Source of the DNA: Lingula anatina | Lineage: Eukaryota; Animalia; Brachiopoda | NCBI GenBank assembly: GCA_051362555.1 | Contig: CM120645.1 | Coordinates: 6,262,001 to 6,326,000 of the forward strand | Direction: 5' to 3' | DNA length: 64,000 nucleotides | In this document: positions 24,947 to 39,600 of the stretch, in pieces | How positions within the stretch are numbered: the stretch's first letter is position 1 | How the letters are laid out: every line of letters begins with the position of its first letter | The notes under the pieces: generated by a model | Database searches by the model: none | What the model was told of the DNA's origin: nothing | The model's input: only the letters and a program-made list of their open reading frames with translations | Position numbers and translations under genes: made by a program

Positions 24947-26236
24947 ATGGCGGAAGCAGCATCTCCCCGTGGTCAAGTGTTATGCCGGTATGTTGAATCT
25001 CGACATATGACAGTGACATAGCTGCAAAAAACAATTCATGTAGTACATAAATAAAACACCCGAACCTCAGTTGCACTTGCTTGAATTTAAACAGCCATTT
25101 TAAATGATTGAGAAAACTGGGTGTTTTTATGCTCATATTTAATTTATGACGTTATAAAAATAATGCAATAATTACTTGACACCGTGCGATTGATTTTAAT
25201 ATGTATCATTACAACACAGTATGTACACAAAGTGTGGAATAAACAATTTTACGCCCTTTGTATATAAGGATTTTCGTACTAGTATTAGTGCAATTGCGGA
25301 AATTGATACACTTTACTTGTAAAGAATTAACAAATACCTGGTAATTTGCTTAGTAAATTGTAAAAAGTGCAAAATTTCCCCATTTCTAAGCTTTAATAAG
25401 TTCCTCTTGAGCACTACAGCAGTAATATTGTAATAAGCATGTGGTAAGTTTGCAGGGGCGGATCCAGAGATATTTTCTGATAGGCTTCCGAATTATCTTT
25501 ATTGATCCATCCTCCATTTTTGACCATCTTCCGAGAGAAAAAATTACATACCCATCAAGGTAAACTTGAAATTCTGACCGTCTTCCGGAAGACCCAGAAG
25601 ACGGCCTTAATCTGCCCCTGGTTTGAACAAAAAAGATAATATCTATAAACTGTACAGTTAAGGCATCATATGAAGGTCTTATTTATTCAAACACTGAACT
25701 GCCAACAGTACTTTCAGAAGAAAAAAAACATGCTGCCATGCTAACTGAACCTTGAGCTTTAGATCAGAGGCATGACAATTATTTTATCTTTAAATCCTCA
25801 ATTGTGCACAAACATAACTAAGGGAACTGTCTATCAGCAGCAATTGATTCGAGTTCATCACCCTGAATAAAAGATTTCAGGTAACCCCAATTAGACAGAT
25901 TTAAAATTCTATATTACCTTATTTTTATACAAAAGCCTGGCCAGCAGAAATAAGTTATCACATAGAGTCACTGCAATCAGTTTATAAAAGCAGTGTCTTT
26001 TTAGCCAGCATTTAACAAAACCTGCGAACCAGTATTTTTATCTTTACAGCTACTACACAAGTGGAGTTTGCCGCCAGGGGGAGCACTGCATGTTTTCCCA
26101 TGACAGAGACAACAGGCCATCCAACATCTGCCGCTATTACCTCAAAGGACACTGTACTTATGGCAATCATTGCAGGTAAATAGGAAAGAAACAATGACAG
26201 AATTAAAATTTCCCACTGTGGGCAGTTTTCTTTCTT

Positions 26237-26272
<36 letters not shown>

Positions 26273-28814
26273 AAAATAGACAAACTCTCTGGTAATATTT
26301 CAGATATGACCACACCAGACCCAAAGAAGTCTCAGCTAAACATATTGCTCAGAACCCTGCACCAAAACCTGTCCCTTTGCTCAAAGCAGACTCCCAATGT
26401 GCCTCACACAAAATGGTCACCTTAAAGAAGAAGACTGGTTCAGCTGACAGTGGAATAGAAACTGATCTGACTTCTGTGACCTTGGATCCAGAAAAGTGGG
26501 TCAAGGCCGCAGAGTTCGTACCTGGTCAGCCCTACGCTGGGGCAGGTAATGCCTTGGATCCCTCGTGCTTGTACAGATGATTTTCACCAAGTACTTCTAA
26601 AGATTATGTTCTTCAGTTCAATTTAAGAAAAAACTTTTTCTGGAAAGTTTTTAGCTCTTCATTTTTTAATCCAAAGTGGATTTATTCATTTTATATAAAA
26701 TGGAATTTTTATGCAGGGTAATATTTTCAAATCTTTAAAAAAATAAGTGAATTATGGAGAACAAGCTATCTAAAAAAAGATTTGAACTAGCATCAGTCTT
26801 GACAATGCCTCTGTAAATAAAGGCTATAGTTTTACTGTACAGTAGATGTGCAAGATCCAATTTATCTAATAAATATTACTTACATGGTTGGATTTCTTTT
26901 TTTTTCTGAGAATTGCAGTTGTTTTTCATATCATTGATATTTATATATATATTCCTTTTTGTTGAACAGCTGCTCTGTCTTACTCCTCGGCCACCAGGAG
27001 TGGACTTCCTGACGCTGACATGAGCATCCCCACATCTCCCCTCCCACATGTTGACCCTGAAGTTGCTCAGACCTTACTTTGTCCATTTGCCATGAAGGGG
27101 TACTGTCGTTATGAAGAGGCGTGTCCATACTTACATGGAGAAATGTGTGATTTGTGTGGAGAGGCAATGATACATCCCTTTGATGAGAAAATGCAAGAAG
27201 AACATCGGCAGGTAATTATATCTATTTCCTTTTCTATTCCTTTTTTTCTGTTATGTCTTCAACCGTTGTGATCTCCTGCATCTGTCTCTGTCACCTAAGT
27301 GGTGAATGGGGACATATGCATTGCTGGTCATTGTGAACTCATAGTGTCAATACCTGTCAATATGTTTCAAATCTGTAGCTTCTAAATTTATGATTTTTCT
27401 TTCATTAGTGTGAGAGCAACTGATAATAAGCAATACTCGTTTGGTAAGATTGTACCAACAAGCTATTTGGAATTTCAGTGCCCCTTCACTGGGAGAACTG
27501 TTTCAGTTACTGCTCATTTTATTTATCGAGTGTTGCTCATTTTATGTATATTGTTTAAGTAAAAGCAAGTAATTTTGGCAATTCTAAATTCATTGTTCTT
27601 AATATGTATCAGAAATTCAATTGCAGAGATAACTCATCCATTGTCCTGTCAATTATCACTTCATATTTTTTTGTCTCCTTAGCAATGTATCAAACAGCAT
27701 GAAGAAGACATGGAACTTTCATTTGCGGTTGCTAGGAGCCAGGACAAAGTGTGTGGAATTTGTATGGAGACTGTCTTGGAAAAGATGCCCCCTAGTGAGC
27801 GAAGATTTGGAATTCTCTCAAACTGTATTCACGTCTTCTGCTTGAGTTGTATCCGTAAGTGGAGGAGTGCAAAACAGTTTGAGAATAAAATCATAAGGTA
27901 TGTTGAGTCAAAGTGCAAAAGTGCAAAATTTTATGAATGTGGCATATCTTGTAGGTCTAAAATACTGCCAGTATCATCTGCAGGGCTGAATTTTATCAAA
28001 GTAAACAGATTATTCTGAGAAGGATGGGCCTAACTTCTTTGTAAACACAACCTAGCAGTCTGATGGTGTCAGTCAGTCTATTTCCAAAATGAGTAACAGG
28101 TTCAAAGACAGTGATATTTAGATGAGGTACACCCAAAAATGTGTTACACTTTCCTCAACTCAAAATAAATATTAAATGTTTTATTACAGAGCTTGTCCAG
28201 AGTGTCGTGTAAAGTCGGATTTTGTCACACCCAGTCAGCACTGGGTGGAGAGCAAGGAGGACAAAGAAAGGCTGATTGCAGGATACAAAAATGCTCTTGG
28301 GTATGAGAAAAATCTTTCAAGTCACCTCATGTTTTTATAAACTATTATTTGTAGGGTGTTTTGTTTTAGTGGATAAAGATTGATATTAAGAAATACTTCT
28401 GTTCTCAGTGGTCTTCAATATTTCTATTTTTTTTTCATATTTTTGGGATATAACGTGATGAAGCTGTTATTCTATTTTTCTTCTTATATTTTCAGGGAAA
28501 AACACTGCAAGTATTTTAAAAGAGGCAAAGGCGAGTGTCCGTTCAATGAGAAATGTTTCTATCTCCACGCCTATCTTGATGGAACCATAGCTAAACCTCA
28601 ACCAAGGCAGCGACGCAGGAGACAAAATGCCGACGGAGATTTAGACACCTTTCAAAGGATTCTTCTTCATGATTTTTTTGAAGAGAGAGAAAGAATGATA
28701 GAATTAGAATTACAAGATGCTTTAGACCACTTATTATTTCACGTGGATTGGCTCAGTGACATGTCAGACTCCAGTGAAGACTACTCTGATGACGAAACTC
28801 TGTTTATCTCTTGA
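24947..28814 (+). CDS. MKRN1: Makorin-1 RING E3 ubiquitin ligase (CCCH zinc fingers, PAM2-like motif, RING), 7 coding exons
   Basis: Exons 24947-24987 ([14 protein letters not shown]), 26050-26175, 26304-26545 ([11 protein letters not shown]), 26970-27211 ([21 protein letters not shown]), 27683-27897 (CGICMETV...[21 protein letters not shown]), 28190-28300 ([12 protein letters not shown]), 28496-28814 ([21 protein letters not shown]). Confidence 0.95.
25453..25620. mobile_element. MITE family 'E' (CAGGGGCGGAT TIR, 5-bp TSD)
   Basis: GTTTG|CAGGGGCGGAT ... ATCTGCCCCTG|GTTTG; other copies at about 46172-46340, 50028-50194 and 56837-56996. Confidence 0.88.
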
Positions 28815-30669
28815 TTAGAGGAGAGTGCGTGATTGAACAATAGACCTTAAAGAAATTCTAAAAAAAACCTTCTTTTTGTATTACTTACACTTGTTACTCA
28901 TTTACAGCTTTAGATGTTTACAGGTAAATAGACGGACATTGTGTACTATATATAAAGTATATTTGGGCAGTATTTCTAAACGGAACCTTATACCCAAAGT
29001 ACAAATGTCCAGTTCGTGTATTAGGATTTATATCTACAATGCATTAAGTTAAAAATTTCATCATGCCATAAGATAACATTGAATGAAATTCTAAATAGCT
29101 TTAGCATGAGTTTATTGTGAATAATCAGGGAAATAAATAGTATAACTTCATCGTTGTGTTAATCAGTTGTAAGATATTGCGGGAAGAGAAAGCATTGTCT
29201 GCGTTCATATTTTGCATGCCCAATCAAGCGGACTCGGACTCGAGTGCAAATATATATTTTGCCTATTTTTACCGCCCGGATGGTCGTGTGGTGTCAGTGT
29301 CCAGAGAGGAAGGACGTGGGTTGGGTGCCGTCCCATCCCACGCACTGGGGATTAGGGGGGGTCCTGCCCCCCCTCCCCTTCGGTTTCTGAAAAGATCACA
29401 CTAATATTCCTCTCTTGAAATTAGAAAATTGACTAGCTGAGTCATAGTTATAAACTATTCTTAGCTGAAACGGCAAGTGTATGCTATAGTGTAGTAGTTT
29501 GTTTCAAGTTTTCTATAAAGCTCGGGTTGCTTTTAGCGTGCGTCAGAAGGCTTGCTTAATGTAGCCTAATATCGGGGATTTCAGAAGTTCAGTATCTGTG
29601 TCTTATGTTATATATCCCTTTCCTTTGCTAAGAAAATTGCAAATGACAACCGACAAAATCGATAAAAAACTAATATGAAACGACAAAAAATCGACTAACT
29701 GGTGATCGTTCTTGAATAATGATATGTATATATATATTTTTTATTTTCACACAATGTAATTACAACACTTCTATGATGGCTGAAAAGAGATACTGGAACA
29801 AATGCTTAACGTTCTTGAATAATATATTTCCACACGTTCTTGGATAAATATCAATGTGCTCTGCAATGTAACTCTTCTTGTAACGTCATCGTCTATGTCG
29901 AAGAAATCATGTTTTTAGCTTAAAATAATGAACCATGCCTAACTCGCACCTCGACACAACAGGGACAATTATCCGGGCCCAAAGTGTCCAAGTTGCGTGA
30001 CGTACACTGATTTTTTTATGTTCCAAAACGCAGATAGAGCTTTAACAATTAATCATCTTGAATAAATACATATCTTAAATAAAAGCACAAATGATCACAC
30101 TTGAAGTTACATATATATATATATAATTAATTTGTACAGAAACTTTGTGCTGGATAGAGGTGTTTCAGGTGTGATCGTCTGACAGTCTAACGGGCATGTC
30201 TATCCAATTTTAGAACAAGTAATTAAGTGATACACTTCTACGATATCAATTGTGTTAAAATACGTGTAGCTCAGTTGTTTGGTTTTCATTCTTACTTCAA
30301 TATCACCCCAAATACATGTATGCGTATCAATAACAGAAATGGGCGCCTGAAGCTTATGCACAGATAATAAAACCGAAAATGTGGCGTAAAACAAGCCTCA
30401 CACCAAACTAAGAACATAATCTGTAACAAAGATGATAATAAAATCGAAAATAATAACGATAAATCATTTATGGGGCATTCCAGTAAAAAAAACTCAATGC
30501 ACCTTTCATGATATCTAAAATAATTAAAAAAAAAAAAAACACTGGCAATAAGGTGTTAATCCGGGGTGAATTAATCTCGATTAGTTTGTTCATGGAGTAT
30601 TTTGGTATTCTATAGTTTTTTGGTCTTCAGAATGTAGCCGGCTTAGGTATAAAGAGTCCTTATTTCAGA

Positions 30670-33600
30670 TTAATTATCTATTCTGTAGTACATTCCGTGG
30701 TCATCGGGAGATGGGTGGAAGTAACTATATAGCTTGTCTTTGATCTGTGGGAACGTCGGTCGCGCGCTGGGGTCATTGTACAGGCATTTCAATATCACGT
30801 CGTTGTAGCTGTAAGAACAAGACGATTCAAAGAATCATGGCAGAAGTATCACATAGAGACACGCACAAATGCCCCAGGCGCACCAACGCGCACGCGCACA
30901 AATATATTATAACCCCACACGTAGGGCCTACAAGCGTCCACCTGCACACACACATGTTAAAAACACGTTCACAAACGATTACACTACGCATAAAGACATG
31001 TACGTGCACGTATTCGGGTGGTGCATATACATACATGTACTCATAAAAAAAAAACAACATTATCAGCTTTCAAAGTCTAACCATACAGTCAACATAAAAC
31101 GTTTTCTTAGTTTTAACTGTTATTGTTATTGTTATGTCATAATGCCATTTTACAACTAAAAAACTAAAAACGCCCTACTTACATCGCCTCCGGACACTCT
31201 GTGGGTCGCTCTGGACGAACTCCACTCTCCAGCATGCTAATCAGTTTACCCTTGTTTCCAGTTGTGTATGGGAGATCACCTATAACAATCAGGAACATTA
31301 GCCGCATTCAGAACAGTGGACTAACTTGTCCGCGGGCCAAATACGGCGATCCACTAAAAAGCTTGCCGTCTAATCCGCTACTATAGACACTGAATAGATT
31401 CCCCGTGGGGAAATATACAAGTGGGTCGGCCATATTTGATCCTCGGACTAATTAGTCCACTGTTCTAAATGCGGCCATACAGGTAAAAGAAGTTGTCAAA
31501 ATAGGACACAAAGAAGAGAAGACAGTATGTCCGTCCAGGGTTGTGTTAGTGCAGAATGCTTGTCTTCGATTGTATTTGGATTGTATTTGCCAGGTATAAA
31601 TATTACGATATGTATACTAACCCAGGCTGTATATTTCCCATAGCGTGATACCGTACGCCCAGACATCCGACGCTGCTGTAAAATTCAACTCAGGATCCTG
31701 CAGAACTTCCAATGCCATCCATTTTGTTGGCAGACGACTCTGGAGATACCCACAGAAAACGTGTGTCAATTTGCAAGTTCAGAAAAAAAATCAAATAGAT
31801 TATATTATTGTCTCTTATATAGTGCTGATAAAAAGGTAAAGTCATGAATGATGGGTAAAATAAATTTAGTCTCTCTAAAACAATTAATTGCTTTACCAAA
31901 TTGTAGATTGTGATATTGTACTTTATGTATATGTGGCAGTAAATGTCATTCAGTGTTCTTGACATGCAAAAGTGATACTGCATTAAATAAGATATCAAAA
32001 TGGCACAATAAGTTAGAGATTTTTCTTATTAAATATTAAACCGTTTAATCTGACGTTTTCATCTCAACACAAAATTTACAAAATACTTTTAGCAGGGGAC
32101 ACGCATTACCTTGTCCTTTGCAGCATCTCTTCCCTCAGGACCAAATCCCGCAACTTTGGCAACCATTCTTCCATTAAGGAGGACATTCTTTGACATCAAC
32201 TTCTTGTGAATGATCTAAAAAAATGAACGAAATGTTAAATTAAGATTTACCTCATACCCAAAATACTCTTCTGTTTTATCCTTTTGTGGTCTAAAATCCA
32301 TACTTCGACATAAAAGAGAAAACAAAGATTAATTTGATCATATGAAAATTTATTGGTAATAGCAGCCTTATTAAAAACCAAAAAGGGTCGGGTGTGTTTC
32401 AATAGCCAGATGGCAGCAGGAACGTGTGTGATTGCCATTCAGCTTTCAAGATGTTCCATCCCTGATGCTCAGAGATTCAAACCACTGTAAAACAACGTAA
32501 TTATCAAGATTCTTACGTTTTAAAAGTTTTCAACTTTCAGTCTAAAAATTGCACCCTGAGCAGGTCCTGGAATAAGACTGATCTTTGTCACGAAGTCGAC
32601 ATAAAATGTGTGACATAATTATTTACCAGGTTATTACTCAGATGTTCCATCCCTGATGCTATTTGTGCACCATACTCTGTCATACGATCAGCTGTGTCAG
32701 CGCTCAGTTCACCTCCCCTTGCCTTCTGTGCCAGCAACCAGTCACGAAGGGTGCCATTTTTGCAATACTCCAAGACCATGTATGGACCTAAAACGAGAAT
32801 TTTTCACCATTTCACTGCATCATACACACGTAGCGGCCAATTATGTAGATTTACGGCAACACTATTTGAAACTGTATGAATTGAAATATATATTTTGTCC
32901 ATTTTTTAGGTTTCTTTCCAAGTTTTTTTTTTCAACAGAACTTCGCTGCTTTTTGTCTTTGGTTATTTCTGATGATCCCAATCGTATTCAGTTTCATAAA
33001 GTATTACCTGTATGTATGTCATCCGTCACTTTACCAAGCATGATCAGGACGTTCTCATGGCGGGGAACATTCCCCATGAATTCCAATTTCTCCAACATCA
33101 GTCTTCTGTCAGCGGTGTTTTTGGGATCTGTAGGGAAATATTATTTCGTGTATTCATATTAATGAATCACGTCTCATTCTGTATAAAACACTGAATTTCA
33201 AACTTTGATAAACAAAATTTAAAGAGATTTGAAAAGACTTTTTTGCTCCTTAAATGTATTTGTCACTCACATATGTTGCAAAGAATACAATGCGTAAACA
33301 CTTTTTTAATCTGCTGAATGTGTGTGTGTGTTTGTGTGTGAGTGCACGCAAACACGCACGTGTGCGTGCGTGCCTAGTGAAGCAATGAGATATAAAGCAA
33401 CTCGCCGTCAATTTCTACCTTTCAGCATTTTGGCGATGACGTCCACAGCCTGCTGACGGGCCGGAGTCCACTCAGCAGTCCTGATGACCGCAAAGTGACC
33501 ATTACACAGGACACTACCAATGGTCACGTCACTGCTGGGGATGTCAACGTTCTGACCATATGCCGAATTATCATAATATATGCCTGGGTCATCTGTCTCA

Positions 33601-36600
33601 TCAACATTATAGTCGTTGAACTGAGACGGAAAAAACACATGCACACGAATAAATTGTTGAGCGAATTTGATAATCGTTCATACCTTGATATTAGAATAAA
33701 ACATTTCTCTATTCTACCACCATAAGCAAACAAAATAATATAATTAAAATGTGGTGTCTTTTGATTTATCATATACCCTTTATTTACCGTAAAACACAGG
33801 TTGAATCAGTAAAGTTACTGAGAAATGTGAAGAAACTCACTACGCAATATTTTCAAGACGACTCCATGCATTTGTAGGTCAAAGAAAACCTACAAACCTG
33901 AGAACCACTTATTTGTTTTTATGTAGAACATATCATTCTTAAGTAATTCAAAATAAAAATCATTCAATAGGACCTCTTACAAGTGCTACGCCACTCACGT
34001 TAATATGTTGGCGGTCTCTCGTTTCCGTGTTTCTTCGCCAGAATCTAAGTCTCTCGTCCTTCCACAACCATGGGTGCCCTTGGCGACGCCGGATAACTGC
34101 CACCACAAGCACAATGATAAATATCGCCGCCAACACGATGAAGAAAATGGGCACTAGAAATTAAAAATCCAACTTTTTAATCTGCAAATGAACTTTCGAT
34201 TGGGCAATGAAAATTATAATTACACTATTGTTTCACTTAGGATGTTTTCACCTTATTTCCTTAACTGATGGTTCCGAACGTCCTGCGCCATAGGTAGAAA
34301 TACACGTCTGGTCCCTTTAGAGGGTGTTTTTGCTATCTTTACATAAAAGACAGTGAAAAACCTATTTCTTAAATTTACTGCATATACAGTGTTTCAAGTC
34401 CGTGGCTTACATGCAGCTAATCCACGCTTATCCTCCTCCTCTGACTCCTGAGGTTGAGTACCAAGAATGGCGGCCACCTTAGGACTAGTCAAATCAACAT
34501 CTGAAGTGCACAAATGATCAGAAAGATATTTACAAAAACAGCAGCAACGGCATTGGTTTAAATGTCTAGATGACAAAGTACAAAACGCCTTAAGTCAAAA
34601 CTGGTTAAACAAAGGTTTCTGAGGGTTTAACTCGACTACTAATATGTCTTATTCAAAATTAAAATAGAAATAAATGTACAGGTATATTTTCAAGTGATAC
34701 GTCACGTATAGTATAGGATTAAGACCAAACCGCTGTCGCCGGGTTGCTCTTATGTTTTTGACCTGCAAGACTTCACATATATATATATATATATATATAT
34801 TACAGATTACATGTACGGCAATAAAATAGGAACGAATAAAACTGGGGTCAGCTTTTAGGTGGGTCCAAGGTTGAAAAAAGTAAGATTTACCTCTCCTCAG
34901 TGTTAAGCTGTTCCCGGCCTTGTCAAAAACGTTGAGGACAACGGTATAAGCAGCAGTCAGACTTGTGACAGTGAACGTTGGGTATGCATCCCCCTCAACC
35001 CAGGAGCCGTTATAGATTGGGGCGTCATCTAAACCAATGTCTCTAGTGCCAGGATAGTTGTATATATTGTATTGGAAGTAATCTATGCCGGCTAGAGAAT
35101 CTCTCCAATTGTCTCCCCACGTTAATGTCAGGATGATGTCTTTCTATTAATATTGAAAAGAGACAAGTAATAACTTGACCTAAGGGTCATTGATTTAAAT
35201 CGTTTTGAATTCATGAACTAAGTTTCTATGCTTGAAATATTTCCGGTCATTACGAATTATTCAAAAATTCTTTAGGAGGCGTCTTGCTGCAACAAAATTT
35301 GTAGCGAGTGATTATGATTATAGAATTAGAAAATCAGATGACTCATAACTCACCCGTTCATCATTTGCGGACCCCCCCCCCCTTTCAAATATTCCTGGAC
35401 CCGCCCCTGGTTGTGGGGATACGAACTATTATGTTCCTCAAAAGGGATTAAATCCCATTCTTCCAGAATTGTAATGTATTTTGAAAGAAAAACATCTTTT
35501 GGAAAAAAAACTTGAAAAATCGAATCTCAATGAGGAATTGAGTTCTGCGCCCTTTTTTGGAGCTAAGATGATATAAAAAACCTGAAGATAATTCATGGTA
35601 AGAGATAATAAGACTTTAATTATAAGTCCTTTGTAACTGTTGCTTTTTTATGTCGATTTTTTGCTTCAAATAATTTATAAAAGAAATTATGGATTTATAT
35701 TTTGATATAGGGCCCTATATTAATTTTGTTTATTAAATAAATGAATAAATAGTTATGATATTAACGAAACGTATGCTTTGAAATATTTGCCAAAAAGACC
35801 ACAAGGTGTAGAATGAACAAATACCTTGCCATCGGTACTAATCTGAGATACTTTCACTTTCATTTCTTCATCGTCACATTTCCTTGCACCAGCAGAGCAG
35901 GAGAAATACGGAGCCTCGGTATCATAACGGATGTTAATCTGGCGCTGAACCGTTTTACCCTGAAACTCGACTCTGGTTCCAGACACAATTTTGTAACCTC
36001 CATTTTTAACTTCCAGGGTTATTTTCAAACTGAAAATAGAAGAGCGATAATTTTTTTTTGCTTTAAGGGACTATTTTTTAACCAAAACAAATAGCGCTGA
36101 GCGTTAAATGGCACAGTCATGACCGTTTTTTTTTAACATAGTGTACATATACCATTATAAACATTTTGTTCAAAACACATTTTTCAATTAAAGGTCAACG
36201 ATATTGCACATCAAAACGTGTAATAGCATTAAAATAACGAAGACGGGACCAAAATCCGTTTCATGAAGTTTTTCGCGCCAATATTAGGCCTACTCGCCCC
36301 GTTTTGCAAATGAGCGGCGTTTGCAAGACCTCCAGAAAATTGGGAAGCTTTCGATAATAAAATGAACCCTTTCATTACACAATAAATCATAATTGCAGTG
36401 CACTTGAATTACCGTATTTGATATATGGAATAAGAAGACTCACTTGCTGTTGTGCATTCTGGGGCTGGCCAGAGTGTGTGTTTTATTACAGGTTGAGCTT
36501 GAATTAACTGGACAGGAAAAACTTGCCTCCTTCTGCACAGTTCCTTCTGAAATGACGTAAGGGTAAAACGTTGTGCAGGTATGAGATATATAGTTGATTG

Positions 36601-39600
36601 ACAAATACAATGCAACACAACACTTAATTGCGGTATATGATGTTATCGCTCATATAAAGGCAATGTCTCGCTTGTGACATAAAACTCACTTTCAATCCTA
36701 ACACAGATCTTACGTCACTCATTACGTCACTTGCCTGTCATATTCGTCAACATACCGTGCACAAATATTGAAGCTAAAATTTGCGATACAAATCGAACTA
36801 ACCGCTGGAAACCACCTCTATGTCAGCTTTATTCAAAACCAGCCCTACGTTGAAGTCAGACACAGACGACGGCCTTGATGGTAAATCTCCCATCATTTCG
36901 TACTCAGCTTGCCACGACAGCATTAGGTCTGTCAAGTTGATTTTATTGGTGTATACATTGACAAGGTTCGAAGTCTCCGTAGAGTTGCTATAGTTAAAGG
37001 GTCGCTTGTTTATTCCACTCAGTGAAATCCGCACTGTCTTAATTTGGGGCTCCTGGATTTTTCCACTGACTGAATTGAAAATTAAATAAATGTATAGATA
37101 AAGAGAGAGAAATTAAGTTCGTCATTTTGTTTTTTAGTCCCTCATATAAAACTACAACAGGAGATCGAAACCCCCTTGACAAAGAATCGATACGTCACTA
37201 CGTGATATCTCCTAGGTAGAAACCACGCTTTAAATGATCTACATTTAATATCTAAATATCTAAATTAAATTGATAGATAGGTGAAATATTATCAAACTGA
37301 AAAACAGAAACAATTCCTAAAATTACGTACTTGTATTACAATTCTCGCCACTAAATCCTGCAGTGCACACACACCGACCAGTGTCAGGGACACAGAATCC
37401 CGGGAAGCAATCTTTTCCGACGCACAAATCTTGACATTTATGAAAGAAAACAAAGAATTTGGTATTTCTTCTAATAAGATAGTTATGTTTGTTATATGTC
37501 AAATACATATTCCGATATCTTTTTATTTTTTAATTATCATTTATTTATTTATTTATTGTTGGAAAATCACCTTTCTTTCGTGCATTTTATCAGGAGAGAA
37601 AAAAAAACAAAAAAAAAAAAAAAAAACAGTAAACACAGCACAACGAATAAAAAATAATTAAAACAGATATGATTTTGTTTGTAATACTTACTTGGGCTCA
37701 CAGTGGGGAGGTGGTCTCCAACATTTATCTCTGAAAAGGAGAACATGCTTACGTTAATGTCTATGTAATAGGAATATAGACCCTGCGATTGTTTCAGAAA
37801 CACATCCAAACACAATTTAACAATGTTTTCCTAAGACAGCATTTTCAAACCTGAAACATTCTATCATCTACCCGTTTAACACAATGCAAACTGCTCGAAA
37901 ATTTCTGACAGGATCTGAAACTCAGGATACCTTTGGTTTACAAAGGCATGTTCACAACTGGACCAATTTAGATGAAATATTGACTAAAGTACGTCAATGA
38001 GAAAAATTGTGTCAAAGCGTCACAAGATTGGAATTTCAAACCATGTCTTAGTGGAGTCACTTAATCTACATCGAGTCTAAGTCTAGGTTAAGTCTAAGAT
38101 GTGAAATATTATCAAAGTAAAAAACACAGTTCATAAAATTACAACAAATTCTGCTTTTTGAGAGAGCGCCTACCTTTGATTACAATCGCCTCGTTCCAAG
38201 CCCTATCTGAAACTTTCAGGACCACGGACCATAATCCGCTATTCACATACTGTTTTATCCATGGATCCCCATGTTTCCATTGTCCAGACACCACGGCAGA
38301 ACCACCTTGAGCATTGCCACGATATATTGTGTAGTTGTAATTGGCAATTCCGGATAGGTCGTCCACCCAGTTTGCCCACTGGAGCTCTAACTGAACCTAA
38401 AAATTAGAGCTATGTTCTAGAGATAGTAGTAGTAGTGGGTCCAGTTTGCAGACTCATTCGCGCACCTTTCAAACTAAGGGGCCATTCAGAATAGATGGTC
38501 CGAGTACTAACTGAAACGCCGACTAAATATGGCCGACCACACTTCAAAAGCGATGAAGCGACCAGCACACTTACGTAAACATGTCAAGGTTAATTTTGAG
38601 ATGAAAAATAACGCTGTTTCACCACAATGACATATTCGTCTTTGTAACAAATGTCGTAATCGGGTACTTTTATCTGAGAGGTTTAGTCCTTTTTCAGGTG
38701 TGACTTGGGAAAGGTAAGTCATTTTGCAGACTTTGGGGAATGTAATATCTAAGTATAGTAACCGTTCACATCAACTCAGGAAGCTGTTTCTAAAGTTGAT
38801 TACATTGATTGCGCCGGAGCTAGAATCCACGCCGAGATAGATTGATCCTGCCAGTACGATAACTTCTTTTCGGAACACAGCCTCAATGAATTTTCAAGAT
38901 TATTTCTCGTTCAATTTTTCAAGATGATTTTTCGTTCAACTCTGTACTGTATAAAATTGAAATTTATAAAAAGAAATTCTGTAGTTTTCGTAAATACTTT
39001 GCCTTCTTTCCCTATCAATTCTATTTAAAAAATGACCGAATGTTACAATTTGTGAACGTGTCTAAATATATAAGTAAAGCTTATAAACAAGAAAGGATAT
39101 GGATATTACTATTATGGGTAGAAAACGCCAGATGATATAAGCTTACCTGGCCATTCATCTTGGCAACAGTCAACATCAAGGTAGAGTTTGTCTCTGTACA
39201 TTGGCCAATGTCACGGCACAAATGCTTCGGTGCTTCATAGTCAAAGATAAAAGTCAGTTTTCTGGTTGCCGAGCGTCCACTGAAGTAGTTCTTTGATAGT
39301 GCGGTAGGGGTGACCACTTCCTTGTAACCGCCATTGGCGGTATATATGTCCACGTCCAATCTAAAAGTTGTAAAACAGCAAATTTTGTTGGTTGTAACAT
39401 CTCATTTGAATATCCCACTCCCCCCCCCCAAAAAAAAAAAATGCTCGATATAATACAATGTTGTTTCTTTTAATAATTCACCACAGTATTGATTCTCATA
39501 CATAAGCTTTTGACTCAATGACTTTTGGCCCTTAATCGCACTGTTTTAACAATAAGACCCATACCTGTCCCCGTGCCTTGTACCGTGCGTGAAGCTGTGC

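Noticed and set aside
30850-31045. ORFs in paralog 1 intron 23
   Set aside because: Low-complexity CA/CG-rich intronic sequence.
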